Shown here one piece after another: positions 12,229 through 25,950 of a stretch of DNA of 64,000 bases. Source of the stretch: Octopus bimaculoides (taxonomy: Eukaryota); contig NC_068984.1 in NCBI RefSeq assembly GCF_001194135.2, positions 55,497,896 through 55,561,895 on the forward strand, in the 5' to 3' direction. The notes beneath the pieces are model-generated. The model was not told the origin of the DNA and made no database searches. It worked only from the letters and a program-made list of their open reading frames with translations. Position numbers and translations under genes: made by a program. Numbering within the stretch: the first letter of the stretch is position 1; each line of letters starts with the position of its first letter.

Positions 12229-14314
12229 CTGTGCTTCATTTAATTTTTTTTTAAGTCTTTGCTCAGTAATTGTTATTTCTAATTTTCTTCTCTCTAGAAA
12301 TCAAAGGAAATGACTACTATTCCCTTCAAACCATGCTTTTCTGCCCTGCATATCAATGTTTGAAAATGACCTATTTTCCATTACATTGCAGACACATTCA
12401 GCGCTGAGTCGCTGAAGCAGAGATATCGTTAGAGCAAATATTCTGCTCAATGCTATATATTTACTTGTCGATTGCTTGATCTTAACCGCTTGAACACTTC
12501 CTTTAGTGACTGACAAAATGTGAATCTCTGATCATCAACAGGAGTAGTGGGAGATCATCAAAGACATAAATTAAAAGGGATTCTTTGGAGTTTGGATAAA
12601 TATCGCAACAAAAGCAAAGTTTGAAGGAAATATTAGCCATTTTTTATACTTTCTAAGATTAAGCAAATAAGAAATAACAGATGCTAGCCAAGTACTACCC
12701 AAGAAGAAAAATCGTGTTATACAATGTTATTATTTTACAAGTTTCATTTACTGTGCAGCAGTCCTGCTGAAGTACTGACTTCATAAGTTTTAACCAATTA
12801 AATCAACCTCAGTATCTTGCTTAGTATTTATGTCACTCACCCAGTAAAGTTGCATTATAACTCGTATGAACTTAGGTATCATTTATTTTAGCGCATTCTA
12901 CAGAGACATGTAAACATTGGGTACAAAACAATTCTTTATCTGTGTAATCTGGAGGAGAGGGACATTTAAATAAATCACACATAAATTACCAAACGAAATA
13001 AACGTGGAATATTTACTACAAATTACCTTCCAGACTTCTAGTCGTTTCGATAACCGCTCATTTTGTTAACCGCTTTGTAGGAAGTTGGCAATACGATTTT
13101 CTATACAATTTAAAGTAGTGGCAGTAAGTTGTTTTATGATGTATCAGAGATACTTTAACGAGAGGTAATAAACTGACACCGAAAGAAGCCTTTCTAACCA
13201 CTTCAATGAGAAAACAAATCTACCTTAGAGAAATTATAGAAAATATATTCAGACAAGAGATATGAATTTGAAAACTCACAAATTTTATTGCGAGTGATAA
13301 ATTTTGGAAATGTTTTCTCTTTGTTCAGCCACTACTTGAAATATGCAGCCTGTAAATCATACCATCGGTATAGACCAGGTAGTTAGATAAATAAATGGAT
13401 ATGGAGGATTCATACTGAGCATAAATGAAGTAAATAAATCTTCAACAATAATAGATAAACATTCTAACGTACAAGGGAGATGACAAGTTCCGTAAAACTT
13501 GTAACACGACACCGGTACTTATTAAAACTAGAGAATCGTCACAATACGACCCACAACTGTCCATGGCAAGTCCACGCTGATGAAGAAATAAAAAAAGGAA
13601 AAATATTGAATTATTAATGCTCAGTTTGAACAAAGAAGAAATGAGTGAGGGATTGTATCGGCTTAGTGTTGACATGAATGTTTGCAAGATCGATGTTCTT
13701 GAAAATCTGTGCGAAGTATGATTTCCGCGTAAATAAAATTTTATTTGATCATTAATTAGTAAACAGGAAAACCTATAGGTTGTAACTTTCAAACTGAAAC
13801 GAATTCCATCTCAGTCAACAGGCGATGTCATAAATGTTCGAAATATGTGTATGTTCAGAGGAGTAGATATTGGTCCAAATCACTGCGGTAAGGAATTTTT
13901 TTTATCTAAAACTGAAAGCCTTTCGATACTGGAAAACTTGTGTATTAAACGCGTCACCAGAGAATTGTATCCACTTAGCCTCAAGAACCGATAAACTGCA
14001 TGAAATAGAGAAATATCAATATCAGGGTAACTTCAAAGACATTATAACGGAGTCAACATATGAAGAAAGCGAGATAAACATTGTGATTATTTGATGTCAT
14101 CATAAAAATGATATGTTGTAGATAATAAAGAGAAGTATAAATCACTTGACATAGGAGTAAAAATGTTTTCCTATAAAGATGCAGAAAAGTGGATTGTGGG
14201 TAAGTAAAGACCACAGAAATTTCAGCTACAAAACATGGTTCAAGAATCGTAAGAAGTAATAGAATATTACCAGTAAAATGTCTTAAGACAGAAATGGATT
14301 AAAACAAAAGATAG

Positions 14315-14713
14315 GTAGTATATGCTAAGATAGGGATAAATCAATCTCAGTTTGCTTATTTCTTACATGTAAGATCTTGCAAAATTTTTCGCAAAGATGT
14401 TTATGGAAATGTTTTTGGAGTAAATTCGGAAAGATTTGACATCATTGAAAATAGCAAAGCAGCCTATATAAATGGACTCGCTGATGAGTTTGTTAAATAT
14501 ATAATTAGGAACTATGGAAACAACGCTGCCAACGAATGTAACATAATCTGGTGTGATGAGAATATATCAGAAGAACGGATACTTCTTTTTGAAACTCTAT
14601 TCGGACGTATTCATTACATCGTAGATTCAGTAATGAATTGTTTAGGACCAGTATTTCGAAGACTTATCGACCTACTGTCAAAACTAATTTGTTTACCATC
14701 TGAAACAGCTTAA
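14315..14713 (+). CDS. 132-codon stop-free frame (candidate terminal exon, or best-preserved part of a pseudogene), product unknown
   Basis: Hand translation: VVYAKIGINQSQFAYFLHVRSCKIFRKDVYGNVFGVNSERFDIIENSKAAYINGLADEFVKYIIRNYGNNAANECNIIWCDENISEERILLFETLFGRIHYIVDSVMNCLGPVFRRLIDLLSKLICLPSETA*. It is absent from the ORF track because the only Met is late. Confidence 0.4.
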   Translation, partial: VVYAKIGINQSQFAYFLHVRSCKIFRKDVYGNVFGVNSERFDIIENSKAAYINGLADEFVKYIIRNYGNNAANECNIIWCDENISEERILLFETLFGRIHYIVDSVMNCLGPVFRRLIDLLSKLICLPSETA

Positions 14714-14929
14714 GCACACTGATCATTAAACCATCTGGAGTCAGAAATTTTAATATCGTTATTAAAATCTTTTCTTCTACTGTTTTTCAATTTGCCTGTG
14801 AAAACACTTTTGAACCTGGAGAAAGCATACATTATCTACAACTGTTGTTGTTCCAGAAATCTATTTGGGTTTTAACACTCACATCATTCTGTAATATCAT
14901 ATTTTGTTTCTTTAATATTATTTTCTACT

Positions 14930-15106
14930 AATGGGAAAACCTGGAATTTAGTGGGATGTGGCTAGTCAATTACATCGACCCCATGACCCTTGAAAGGCTG
15001 GAAGGCAAAGTTGACCTCGGAGGAAATTTGTACTCACTACGTAAAGACGGACAAAATACCACTGAACATTTTTTGGTGTGTTAACGATTCTACGAGCTCG
15101 TTCCTT
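14930..15106 (-). mobile_element. Degenerate family A SINE
   Basis: GAAGGCAAAGTTGACCTCGGAGGAAATTTG and ACATCGACCCCA match the reverse complement of family A. Confidence 0.65.
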
Positions 15107-15645
15107 TGGCTTTTTAATATTCTTCATTGAATTGCTATACAACTGCTCCTTGTCTACATCTAATCTACTGTTTAGTCATTCACTCACATATCTGCTTTAA
15201 AATAACTTCTAAAATGAGCTTTTTAGATTGTGTATTACGTATGTTTAGGTGTTGTTGGAAGAAACTATGTCTTCTAACTGCCTCTCGAATGTACAATATT
15301 TGAATGAGTAGTTAAACTAAAACGCCCTAATGTTGGTGCTATGGTATTAAGTTAGTAACAGGTATATTGGAAATAATTGGAATATATTCCGTACGATAAA
15401 AATTGAATATTATCTGCATTAGAGCAATTTGTTGTTATTGTTATTGTTTAACTTTAATTTAATCCTAACCAAACAGAATTATGATCAATAACAATGGAGT
15501 CAAGACACAATAATCTTCTTTCAGCAACAATGTATCATGGACTCCATTAAGGAACATGTCTCTTTTAAGACAACATGGCATGGTATGATAGAGATTTGGT
15601 TGCAATGTTCAACAGGTCTTGCAGAGAGAGGGGTAGAAAGAAAAA

Positions 15646-15684
<39 letters not shown>

Positions 15685-16674
15685 TTGCTAGCTAATAACA
15701 ATGATATTCAAACCTTATTTTATTGAACCAATGCTATATTTCTTTCTAATTTCTTCTGCAATGCGCTTTAATTACACTACAAGTTGAAATGTTTCAATTG
15801 AGGATACTGTCCTCAACATAACTGGTCAGAACTAGTCGAGGGCAGTTAAATTTCTGAATATGAGAGTAGCTCATTGAACGTATAATTCACTTGGCCTACA
15901 TCTAGTTCTTTGTTATATGTTACAGGTGTTTACTTAAAAAAGTATTGTAGTATAGCGAACCAAAGTATGGAACCATACTTTCATATGCAAATACATATTA
16001 TGAGCTCGTAGTAATGTGTATGTTTTATGGTCCTAGATTATTTTATGCATTGTTCTGCAGGCAAACGTAAAAGTAACAAAAAGGTTTCAAAACGTTTGGC
16101 CTTAGGTATGGCCATTAAGATATTTCTTTCACAACAATGTCGTGTCATTTAACCCGACCTGAGATACACCCAAGCCTTTTAAGTAACTTTTATAACAGGA
16201 AACACAGCGGAAGCCTGACAGATAGACTGTTCTTGTTCTCGTGAATAGATTTAACTCGTAGTCAAGCTTAATACTTGAGTGCTTTTAGCCGCAGAACAAC
16301 TATCTTAAATATTTGTATCAGATCTGCGGACTAAGCGATCAAACTCTTCCTGCCTTTCTCATACTTGTTTTACAGACCCTTCCAAATGGTTATGGGCGTC
16401 ATATTTCTACAACTGATTAAGCCACTAAAAAAAGAAAGAAAACTGTCTGCAAGGAGAGGAAATGATGAATAAGTGTTAAGCATAATTCATTAATATTTTA
16501 CGAACTTATGAAAAAAAGTGAGAAAGAAAAGGTGTCATAATCGGTAAAAACAGATAAAAGAGATTACTCAGTTCCGTTCACACCTACTCTTTTGTCGTCT
16601 TACTTCTAACCTTCGATCGTATGAAGCAAAATATATTCGTAAGTCTGTACACATACATGTGTACATACGCACAA

Positions 16675-16705
<31 letters not shown>

Positions 16706-16899
16706 AATACACACACACAAATACACACACACATACACACAAACACACACACAAACACACACACAAACACGTATATATATACTGGGATAATTACTATGAA
16801 GCATTGTGTAGAATATATTGTATAAAGGATCGTGGGTAAAGCCAGAACAATGTGAAGTAAATGCAGGGCAAATCTCGGCTTTGTCAGTCACTTCGCTGC

Positions 16900-17498
16900 A
16901 ATTGTGACCAACAAAGTCGTCAACAGCAAACAGTTCCTCAGAGACATAACCGTGAATGGCTACCCACCATCTTTAGGTAAACAATTGTGCCTAAAAAACA
17001 TCAGGGTCAATAAACCCTCTCAAGTCCGGTACATACTTCCTAAAGCTACCACCCTTTGACGACAGAACTTCTGCAGCGATACAACACGCAGTCCGCAGGG
17101 AAGGACTCGACATTCAGATAGTGCACAGAGGCCCTTCCCTGAGGAAATCTCTGTCCAAGAACAATACCTCTCACTATTCCGAGGAGTGCACGTTATGGAA
17201 CTGCCCCATCAATGACCCTGAATTGTGCCAGAGAGTATCTATGTTGTATACGAGAATATCTGTGGCAAATGTGGTGCATCCTACATAGACAGTACAACAA
17301 GAAAACTGCATTTACATATAAAGGAACACATGCAGGAAACATCTGCGGAAATGGCAGACGCGGGAATTGACAGTGCATATGAGGGCAACACAGCGGAACA
17401 GGGGCAATCTTAGAATCTCTGAGGTCATCCTCATACACCAAAGAAAACCAAATATCAACAACAAAAGAGAGTTACAGGAAGCTAGCTGGTTGCTATAG
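16900..17498 (+). mobile_element. Penelope-like element, linker plus GIY-YIG endonuclease fragment
   Basis: NGYPP...IQHAVRREGLDIQIVHRGPSLRKSLS, then YVVYENICGKCGASYIDSTTRKLHLHIKEH (GIY-YIG), then LRISEVILIHQRKPNINNKREL...*. Confidence 0.8.
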
Positions 17499-17766
17499 TA
17501 ACACCTTTCCGCGCATATATATATATATATATATATATACATATGAAAAAGGAAAGACGGAAGATGGAACATACCAGAATTTATATTAATCACGCCAATT
17601 GTTTCTAATATATGAATATATATATATATANNNNNNNNNNNNNNNNNNNNNNNNNNNNNNNNNNNNNNNNNNNNNNNNNNNNNNNNNNNNNNNNNNNNNN
17701 NNNNNNNNNNNNNNNNNNNNNNNNNNNNNNNNNNNNNNNNNNNNNNNNNNNNNNNNNNNNNNNNNN

Positions 17767-17818
<52 letters not shown>

Positions 17819-17821
17819 ATG

Positions 17822-18520
17822 TGTTGGGTTGGCCAAAATGTCCAATCTGTTTTTGTTGATATTACACTTCAAATACTCATAAATTGCTGATATCAGTTTC
17901 TCCATTGTGCAAGACCACACAGATACTTAACACGAGAACGTTGTTCGAAGTGAACATGCGATGAGACAGATTATACTTTGTGTGTTTCTGATTACCCTCA
18001 AGTTAGGGGACCGAAACGATCATTATCGACAACCTCAGTTTTTAATTTCAACAAAGACAAGAAAGCATCGGAAACCTATAGGAAAATATGCGTTATCTAC
18101 AGAGAGGATGTGGTAATAGAACGTATATGCAAGAAGTGTATTTTAAAGATTCTGATCGAGAAATGTCTTGGACCATGAGGTGCCATTGAAATTAACAGCG
18201 ACAAACTGAAGGGGTTAGTTGGCACCAACTTCTGTTTTACGACCTAGATGATATTCTCTAATATATCCAAATCAAGTATTGAAAAACATCTACATCAATT
18301 TACCTTCAACTTACCTTCAACTCTAAAGAGGATGTGAAAATTCACCTGGATGACTTTCGGCAGTAAAGACAGGAAATTCTTTCAGCAGAGAATAGTGGAT
18401 CTGTAACAAAATTGCAGACGATACAACAGCGAAACAGTAATTATATCATTGTTTGAATGTAAATCTTTGTTTAAAACAATTTAACTTAAAATTTCGATTG
18501 GACATTTGTCGAATAAAATA
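17822..18520 (+). mobile_element. Internally deleted mariner element with both TIR remnants
   Basis: Left TTGGGTTGGCCAAAATGTCCAATC and right GATTGGACATTT (18496-18507) share an inverted 12-mer. The coding remnant FNKDKKASETYRKICVIYREDVVIERIC resembles the mariner N-terminal HTH. Confidence 0.7.
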
Positions 18521-18589
18521 CGTACGTACGTACGTATGTATGTATGTACATCAATTTGCACAGCCTTTTATCACCAGTTCAACCTAACG

Positions 18590-19100
18590 CATATGATTCA
18601 AAATTACTATTTTCTCAATACTGGTGCTGATGGCTTTCTGAAGTACTGCAATATCAGATGTGTAAGAGGATCACATGATGTTCAGAAGGTGCCGGTTACA
18701 ATGCTGGTGAACCTTTCCAATTTTTTTGATATGATGCTTGTAAGCTGTCCCCGTTTCACATACGTATAGGTGGACTGCAAGAAAGCAGGCTTCATTCACA
18801 GCGTGCTTTGTATCTCTGGTGTTACTCCGAGTCAGGAAGAAATCAAGTTGATTTTGCGATGGCCCTACCGCCTTGCACACTATTCTACATTTGCGCGGTG
18901 TAACTTCCTAGTAAGCTAGTAATATGACCAGAGACGGTAACATTCATGAAGACATAACCTAGCTAGTGATGCCAGGATATAGTTGAAATAACAAATCTGT
19001 GAACGTACTTTGCAGAACAGAGGCCGAGTTGAAAAACCACTTGCATGCACTTCATCGAGCGGATGTTCTATGACAAGAGGGCACTCATCTGAGGAGAAGC
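18590..19100 (-). mobile_element. RTE-clade (BovB-like) LINE RT C-terminal fragment
   Basis: LYVCETGTAYKHHIKKIGKVHQHCNRHLLNI matches the RTE motif LLYGCETWTxYRxHIKKLxxFHxRCLRxILNI, followed by VLQKAISTSIE. Confidence 0.65.
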
Positions 19101-19172
19101 CATCAGCATATGCACACATACACACGCACACATATATACATATGTATGAATATATATGCATGTGTGTGTGTG

Positions 19173-19221
<49 letters not shown>

Positions 19222-20213
19222 NNNNNNNNNNNNNNNNNNNNNNNNNNNNNNNNNNNNNNNNNNNNNNNNNNNNNNNNNNNNNNNNNNNNNNNNNNNNNNN
19301 NNNNNNNNNNNNNNNNNNNNNNNNNNNNNNNNNNNNNNNNNNNNNNNNNNNNNNNNNNNNNNNNNNNNNNNNNNNNNNNNNNNNNNNNNNNNNNNNNNNN
19401 NNNNNNNNNNNNNNNNNNNNNNNNNNNNNNNNNNNNNNNNNNNNNNNNNNNNNNNNNNNNNNNNNNNNNNNNNNNNNNNNNNNNNNNNNNNNNNNNNNNN
19501 NNNNNNNNNNNNNNNNNNNNNNNNNNNNNNNNNNNNNNNNNNNNNNNNNNNNNNNNNNNNNNNNNNNNNNNNNNNNNNNNNNNNNNNNNNNNNNNNNNNN
19601 NNNNNNNNNNNNNNNNNNNNNNNNNNNNNNNNNNNNNNNNNNNNNNNNNNNNNNNNNNNNNNNNNNNNNNNNNNNNNNNNNNNNNNNNNNNNNNNNNNNN
19701 NNNNNNNNNNNNNNNNNNNNNNNNNNNNNNNNNNNNNNNNNNNNNNNNNNNNNNNNNNNNNNNNNNNNNNNNNNNNNNNNNNNNNNNNNNNNNNNNNNNN
19801 NNNNNNNNNNNNNNNNNNNNNNNNNNNNNNNNNNNNNNNNNNNNNNNNNNNNNNNNNNNNNNNNNNNNNNNNNNNNNNNNNNNNNNNNNNNNNNNNNNNN
19901 NNNNNNNNNNNNNNNNNNNNNNNNNNNNNNNNNNNNNNNNNNNNNNNNNNNNNNNNNNNNNNNNNNNNNNNNNNNNNNNNNNNNNNNNNNNNNNNNNNNN
20001 NNNNNNNNNNNNNNNNNNNNNNNNNNNNNNNNNNNNNNNNNNNNNNNNNNNNNNNNNNNNNNNNNNNNNNNNNNNNNNNNNNNNNNNNNNNNNNNNNNNN
20101 NNNNNNNNNNNNNNNNNNNNNNNNNNNNNNNNNNNNNNNNNNNNNNNNNNNNNNNNNNNNNNNNNNNNNNNNNNNNNNNNNNNNNNNNNNNNNNNNNNNN
20201 NNNNNNNNNNNNN

Positions 20214-20249
<36 letters not shown>

Positions 20250-21035
20250 CATACATATATACATGTATATACATGTATATACATGTACATTGTATATATA
20301 CCCACACACACATTATGCATTATGCACCATATAGCGTATCGAAGGACTGAAATAAATTCAAATATTACAAGTCTCGCTGCGGGTGAAATATGAATCTACA
20401 CAAATCCATTCTCTGTTGTAGACGTGTGTATGTGCGAGGGGAAGAGAGTGTGTGCGTGTACGCAAACACACACACACACACACTCACACACACACACACA
20501 CATACGCACACGCACACACAGCACAAACTTCCCACACACGTAATCTATATTTCTAACATTTGAATATGCATAATATGGCATACCCATGCGATGCCTTTAT
20601 CAGCGAGCAAACAAAAAGAGCATTTAATTAAGAATTATAATTTACATAACGACGATAAGAATAAACTAATGCATTGTTGTTTATTTTCATACAGTGTTCT
20701 TTGTTTCAAAACTTTTAAAAACAAAAATGACAGAAACAAGGAAATATAGCTTAACATGTTAGAAGAGGTTAGAAGACATCTAAATGTTAATAATGTTGAA
20801 TACATATTAATGCATGGAGGAACTACCACATTTCTCACAGAGTACTCGGTATCATTGACGTAACATGAAACTGTTTGACTTTCAGAAGTGTAGCGTAATG
20901 AAATATGATGAATAATATAAGACGACTACATGGATTCAAATACCTGAACAATTGAGGTTCAGATTTATGAACAAATATAAACATTAGTGCTCGGGTATAA
21001 AACTGTGTTCCTAGTAGATATAATTGTGTGAATTT

Positions 21036-21080
<45 letters not shown>

Positions 21081-21618
21081 NNNNNNNNNNNNNNNNNNNN
21101 NNNNNNNNNNNNNNNNNNNNNNNNNNNNNNNNNNNNNNNNNNNNNNNNNNNNNNNNNNNNNNNNNNNNNNNNNNNNNNNNNNNNNNNNNNNNNNNNNNNN
21201 NNNNNNNNNNNNNNNNNNNNNNNNNNNNNNNNNNNNNNNNNNNNNNNNNNNNNNNNNNNNNNNNNNNNNNNNNNNNNNNNNNNNNNNNNNNNNNNNNNNN
21301 NNNNNNNNNNNNNNNNNNNNNNNNNNNNNNNNNNNNNNNNNNNNNNNNNNNNNNNNNNNNNNNNNNNNNNNNNNNNNNNNNNNNNNNNNNNNNNNNNNNN
21401 NNNNNNNNNNNNNNNNNNNNNNNNNNNNNNNNNNNNNNNNNNNNNNNNNNNNNNNNNNNNNNNNNNNNNNNNNNNNNNNNNNNNNNNNNNNNNNNNNNNN
21501 NNNNNNNNNNNNNNNNNNNNNNNNNNNNNNNNNNNNNNNNNNNNNNNNNNNNNNNNNNNNNNNNNNNNNNNNNNNNNNNNNNNNNNNNNNNNNNNNNNNN
21601 NNNNNNNNNNNNNNNNNN

Positions 21619-21652
<34 letters not shown>

Positions 21653-21810
21653 CTTTTTTGTGGCTATAAGAGTAATGTGGGTACTACTCTGCACCCTCAG
21701 TCACTGTTAGTAACAATGGAATTATTCTTTTTTGGCTTTATATTGGGTCTAGCCACCTTCATTATTTCACACGCAGACACACATACACACACGCAAACAT
21801 GCACACACAC

Positions 21811-21841
<31 letters not shown>

Positions 21842-22178
21842 AGCACGCACACATGCACACACATGCACACACATGCACACACACATACATACACATATGT
21901 ATATTATTTTATTCGAGTCAGTCACTTGATAATCTGAGTTTCGTTCGTAGGCACAAAGGATTTCCAGACAAGATGTAACTGGATTCAAGATCTTGTGTGC
22001 CTACAGGTGAAGCTTAAATAAGCAAATGGCTAACACAACCAAAATAAATTATCACTACTCTCTATTATGGTATTGAGAGTACTCTCTTTACCAACGGTTA
22101 ATACTAAAAGTATATATGTATGTATGTATGTATGTATATAGGTTTAGTATTAACTGTCGACAAACAGAGTACTCAGTA

Positions 22179-22235
<57 letters not shown>

Positions 22236-23922
22236 GCAGTATACTCCATTTAAAATGCAGTAAAATATTGATGCATTTAAAAGGGTTCAGATAGCAAGTA
22301 GATGCAAACATGAAATGCAGACATTTAGGTAGGAAGAAAACGGCGAAATCAATGGTTTACCCTTGTCAATATTTCATCTCTACAATTTCTTATGAAAAAA
22401 AGTAGATTGAACGTAGCTGTCACTCGGTAACATACGTGGTTTAAATGAGATTTACACACCATGGTTGAGTCAGATTTAATCAACTCCACCAGATTCTCAT
22501 CATCGTTATTGATGTTGGGTTTAACTTTTTCTAATCAGAATAATCTCTTTAATTCTCTGATTTCTGATATATTCAGTTCTGCTGGTTTGATGATCACATT
22601 GATAGCGAATTACGAAATTCGACAGATAATTATTATTTTTAATGACAGGGCGTTCAGGTGAATGTGTTCTTTAAAGCAGATGTGAAGCGCAGAATGATGT
22701 CACCGTTATAATTGCAGACGCAATATACATCAAGATATGTGATTTTGCAAGTTCGTGAATACTTGTACGTGATGTTGATAGGTAATGAATGCATGGAAGT
22801 GTACAACACGATTTCCAGAGAGGCACTACCGCCGAGAAACGCCAACGGTTAGCCAGCGGTTAACCAGCTGCACATCCAGTACATACTTACAGATCTCGTA
22901 TCAGTTTGCAACAGTAATCCAGTTTTTCACAAAGTGCAGCAACTTTACGAAGTATATTTATTGGCGTTGTTGCTGTTGACTTTGTTGAGTGTGTTTATAT
23001 TTTTTGTCGTATATTAACAAGTGTGTGTTTGTATGGAAGTTGTAGGAGACCTGTGTGTGTGTATGCATCGTTAACAGTTCAAATATGCATGAGGCATACT
23101 TGATCACGTAAGAAAGTGACTCACTGTATTTTATTACGGAGAAAATTTCTCGCTGTAAACACATTGAGTCAGTTTGCAGCGTTCCCTAACCAAACCGGTG
23201 GATGTATGTATTTTGGAGAGGTTACCTCCTCTTCAGCACCAGAAACGGGAAAGCCAAACGCTGCGTACTGACAAAATGACTAGCTCAACAAGTCATCGAG
23301 CTATTTACGGTTGCGCGAGTCGGTTTCTCACCGTAAATAAAATACGGAACGAAAGCACTAAGCGGACATGTGTATAAATACAAACGCCATACCAGTTCAA
23401 ATATGCTTGGAGCATATTTTTCGCTGTAAAGAACTGAGTGTAAACTCAGAGTAATATTATGAAGAAGTAATTTAATTTATTTATACATGTGCTTCACCGT
23501 AGCACTTCAACAAATAGTTCATACACTATTTCTATATATTCATAGACAAGGTGTTCAGTTCGTCTTCGTTTCGATCCACGTACATAGCGTTCTAAGTCAC
23601 AATAATGGCTTGACCTGATCCGAAGCGAGTTCTGCCCCCTAGTCTATGACTTGTAGGTGTTTTAACAGCAGCGTTTTTAGAGAGTTTCCCTAAGCGCTAT
23701 TCGGCAGCAAATACGGCGAATAAGCAAAGCTCATACATTATGTGTTTACATTCGATAATGTTTACATTACTATTCTTGCTTTAATTCGTAACTTCATATC
23801 TACGAGAGTGATCGTGTATGCGTGTGCACGCATGTGTATCTATCAATATACATATGTGTGTGTGTGTGTATAAGTATATATGTATATATGTAGAGATGTA
23901 TATCTATATGCATGTATATATG

Positions 23923-23959
<37 letters not shown>

Positions 23960-24330
23960 NNNNNNNNNNNNNNNNNNNNNNNNNNNNNNNNNNNNNNNNN
24001 NNNNNNNNNNNNNNNNNNNNNNNNNNNNNNNNNNNNNNNNNNNNNNNNNNNNNNNNNNNNNNNNNNNNNNNNNNNNNNNNNNNNNNNNNNNNNNNNNNNN
24101 NNNNNNNNNNNNNNNNNNNNNNNNNNNNNNNNNNNNNNNNNNNNNNNNNNNNNNNNNNNNNNNNNNNNNNNNNNNNNNNNNNNNNNNNNNNNNNNNNNNN
24201 NNNNNNNNNNNNNNNNNNNNNNNNNNNNNNNNNNNNNNNNNNNNNNNNNNNNNNNNNNNNNNNNNNNNNNNNNNNNNNNNNNNNNNNNNNNNNNNNNNNN
24301 NNNNNNNNNNNNNNNNNNTATATATAAAAT

Positions 24331-24362
<32 letters not shown>

Positions 24363-24904
24363 TATATATATATATATATATAACGAGAATTGTATTGTGT
24401 ATCAGCATTCCAAATCTAAATGGATGACTACATTCCTACAGTTGCCATTAACATACTCTGCGCCTCATCTAAAATATATAAATAAATACAAATAGATAAT
24501 AAAGTTGCTCAGAGAATTTTTTGTATTTCCATCAGATATTGAAAGGAAGTAAAATTGGAAATGTTGCAGAGATTATTTGAAAAAGAAAAAAAAAATTACT
24601 TGCGAAACATGATTTATTCATAGAGGCATTATTTCAGTAATACAGAATGATATTACTGGAGATTTTTGAGGAATTAGTACTGATTTGAAATTATATAGAT
24701 AGAATAGGGTTAATTACTTGGATTCCGGTTGGATTTTAAATTAATCTGGTCTGCCAGGCTGATACAAATTCGGTTGTGAATAAAGCCAGGAAAGAATATA
24801 CTTTAAGTAAACATTGGTCCATTAGAATATCTCAGATTACTACCGGTTTATAGGCTGCAAATAATCGTACACAAATATAGAATGGACTAAAACTCATATG
24901 TATG

Positions 24905-24938
<34 letters not shown>

Positions 24939-24960
24939 TACATACATACATACATATCTA

Positions 24961-25950
24961 TAAATACATTTATAATCATAAATATATAGGGATTGACAGT
25001 AACCTGCTTCTCCAACATACTGAGAATTCAGAAATAGCAGTCAAAGAACTACTGATTTCAAAACTACAAATTATTACTCCAGATTGATAGCGATATTTTT
25101 GATACACACAGAACAAAAAACAGTAGAGAAGAGTTAAAAAACCACCTGCCTTTAGATAATTTAGTACGATCGTTTCACAGTTAAGAGTAAAGAATACTCT
25201 ATTCTGATCTTCAGCTAAATATTCTAATAAATTTGTTAATGTCTAAATAACTCACGTTAATTTTGACCATGTGAACATCAATACCACGTGAGGAAGACGT
25301 TAAGAAATTTATCGGCCAGTAAGNNNNNNNNNNNNNNNNNNNNNNNNNNNNNNNNNNNNNNNNNNNNNNNNNNNNNNNNNNNNNNNNNNNNNNNNNNNNN
25401 NNNNNNNNNNNNNNNNNNNNNNNNNNNNNNNNNNNNNNNNNNNNNNNNNNNNNNNNNNNNNNNNNNNNNNNNNNNNNNNNNNNNNNNNNNNNNNNNNNNN
25501 NNNNNNNNNNNNNNNNNNNNNNNNNNNNNNNNNNNNNNNNNNNNNNNNNNNNNNNNNNNNNNNNNNNNNNNNNNNNNNNNNNNNNNNNNNNNNNNNNNNN
25601 NNNNNNNNNNNNNNNNNNNNNNNNNNNNNNNNNNNNNNNNNNNNNNNNNNNNNNNNNNNNNNNNNNNNNNNNNNNNNNNNNNNNNNNNNNNNNNNNNNNN
25701 NNNNNNNNNNNNNNNNNNNNNNNNNNNNNNNNNNNNNNNNNNNNCGTACTAAATTAACTAAAGGCAGGTGGTTTTTTAACTCTTCTCTACTGTTTTTTGT
25801 TCTGTGTGTATCAAAAATATCGCTATCAATCTGGAGTAATAATTTGTAGTTTTGAAATCAGTAGTTCTTTGACTGCTATTTCTGAATTCTCAGTATGTTG
25901 GAGAAGCAGGTTACTGTCAATCCCTATATTTATGATTATAAATGTTTTTT
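24961..25950. repeat. ~200-bp inverted duplication (24961-25168 vs 25745-25950) flanking 155 bp of unique sequence plus an N-gap
   Basis: The arms are reverse complements. By eye they differ by one substitution near the inner end, a 2-nt TA indel and one substitution near the outer end. Confidence 0.9.
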
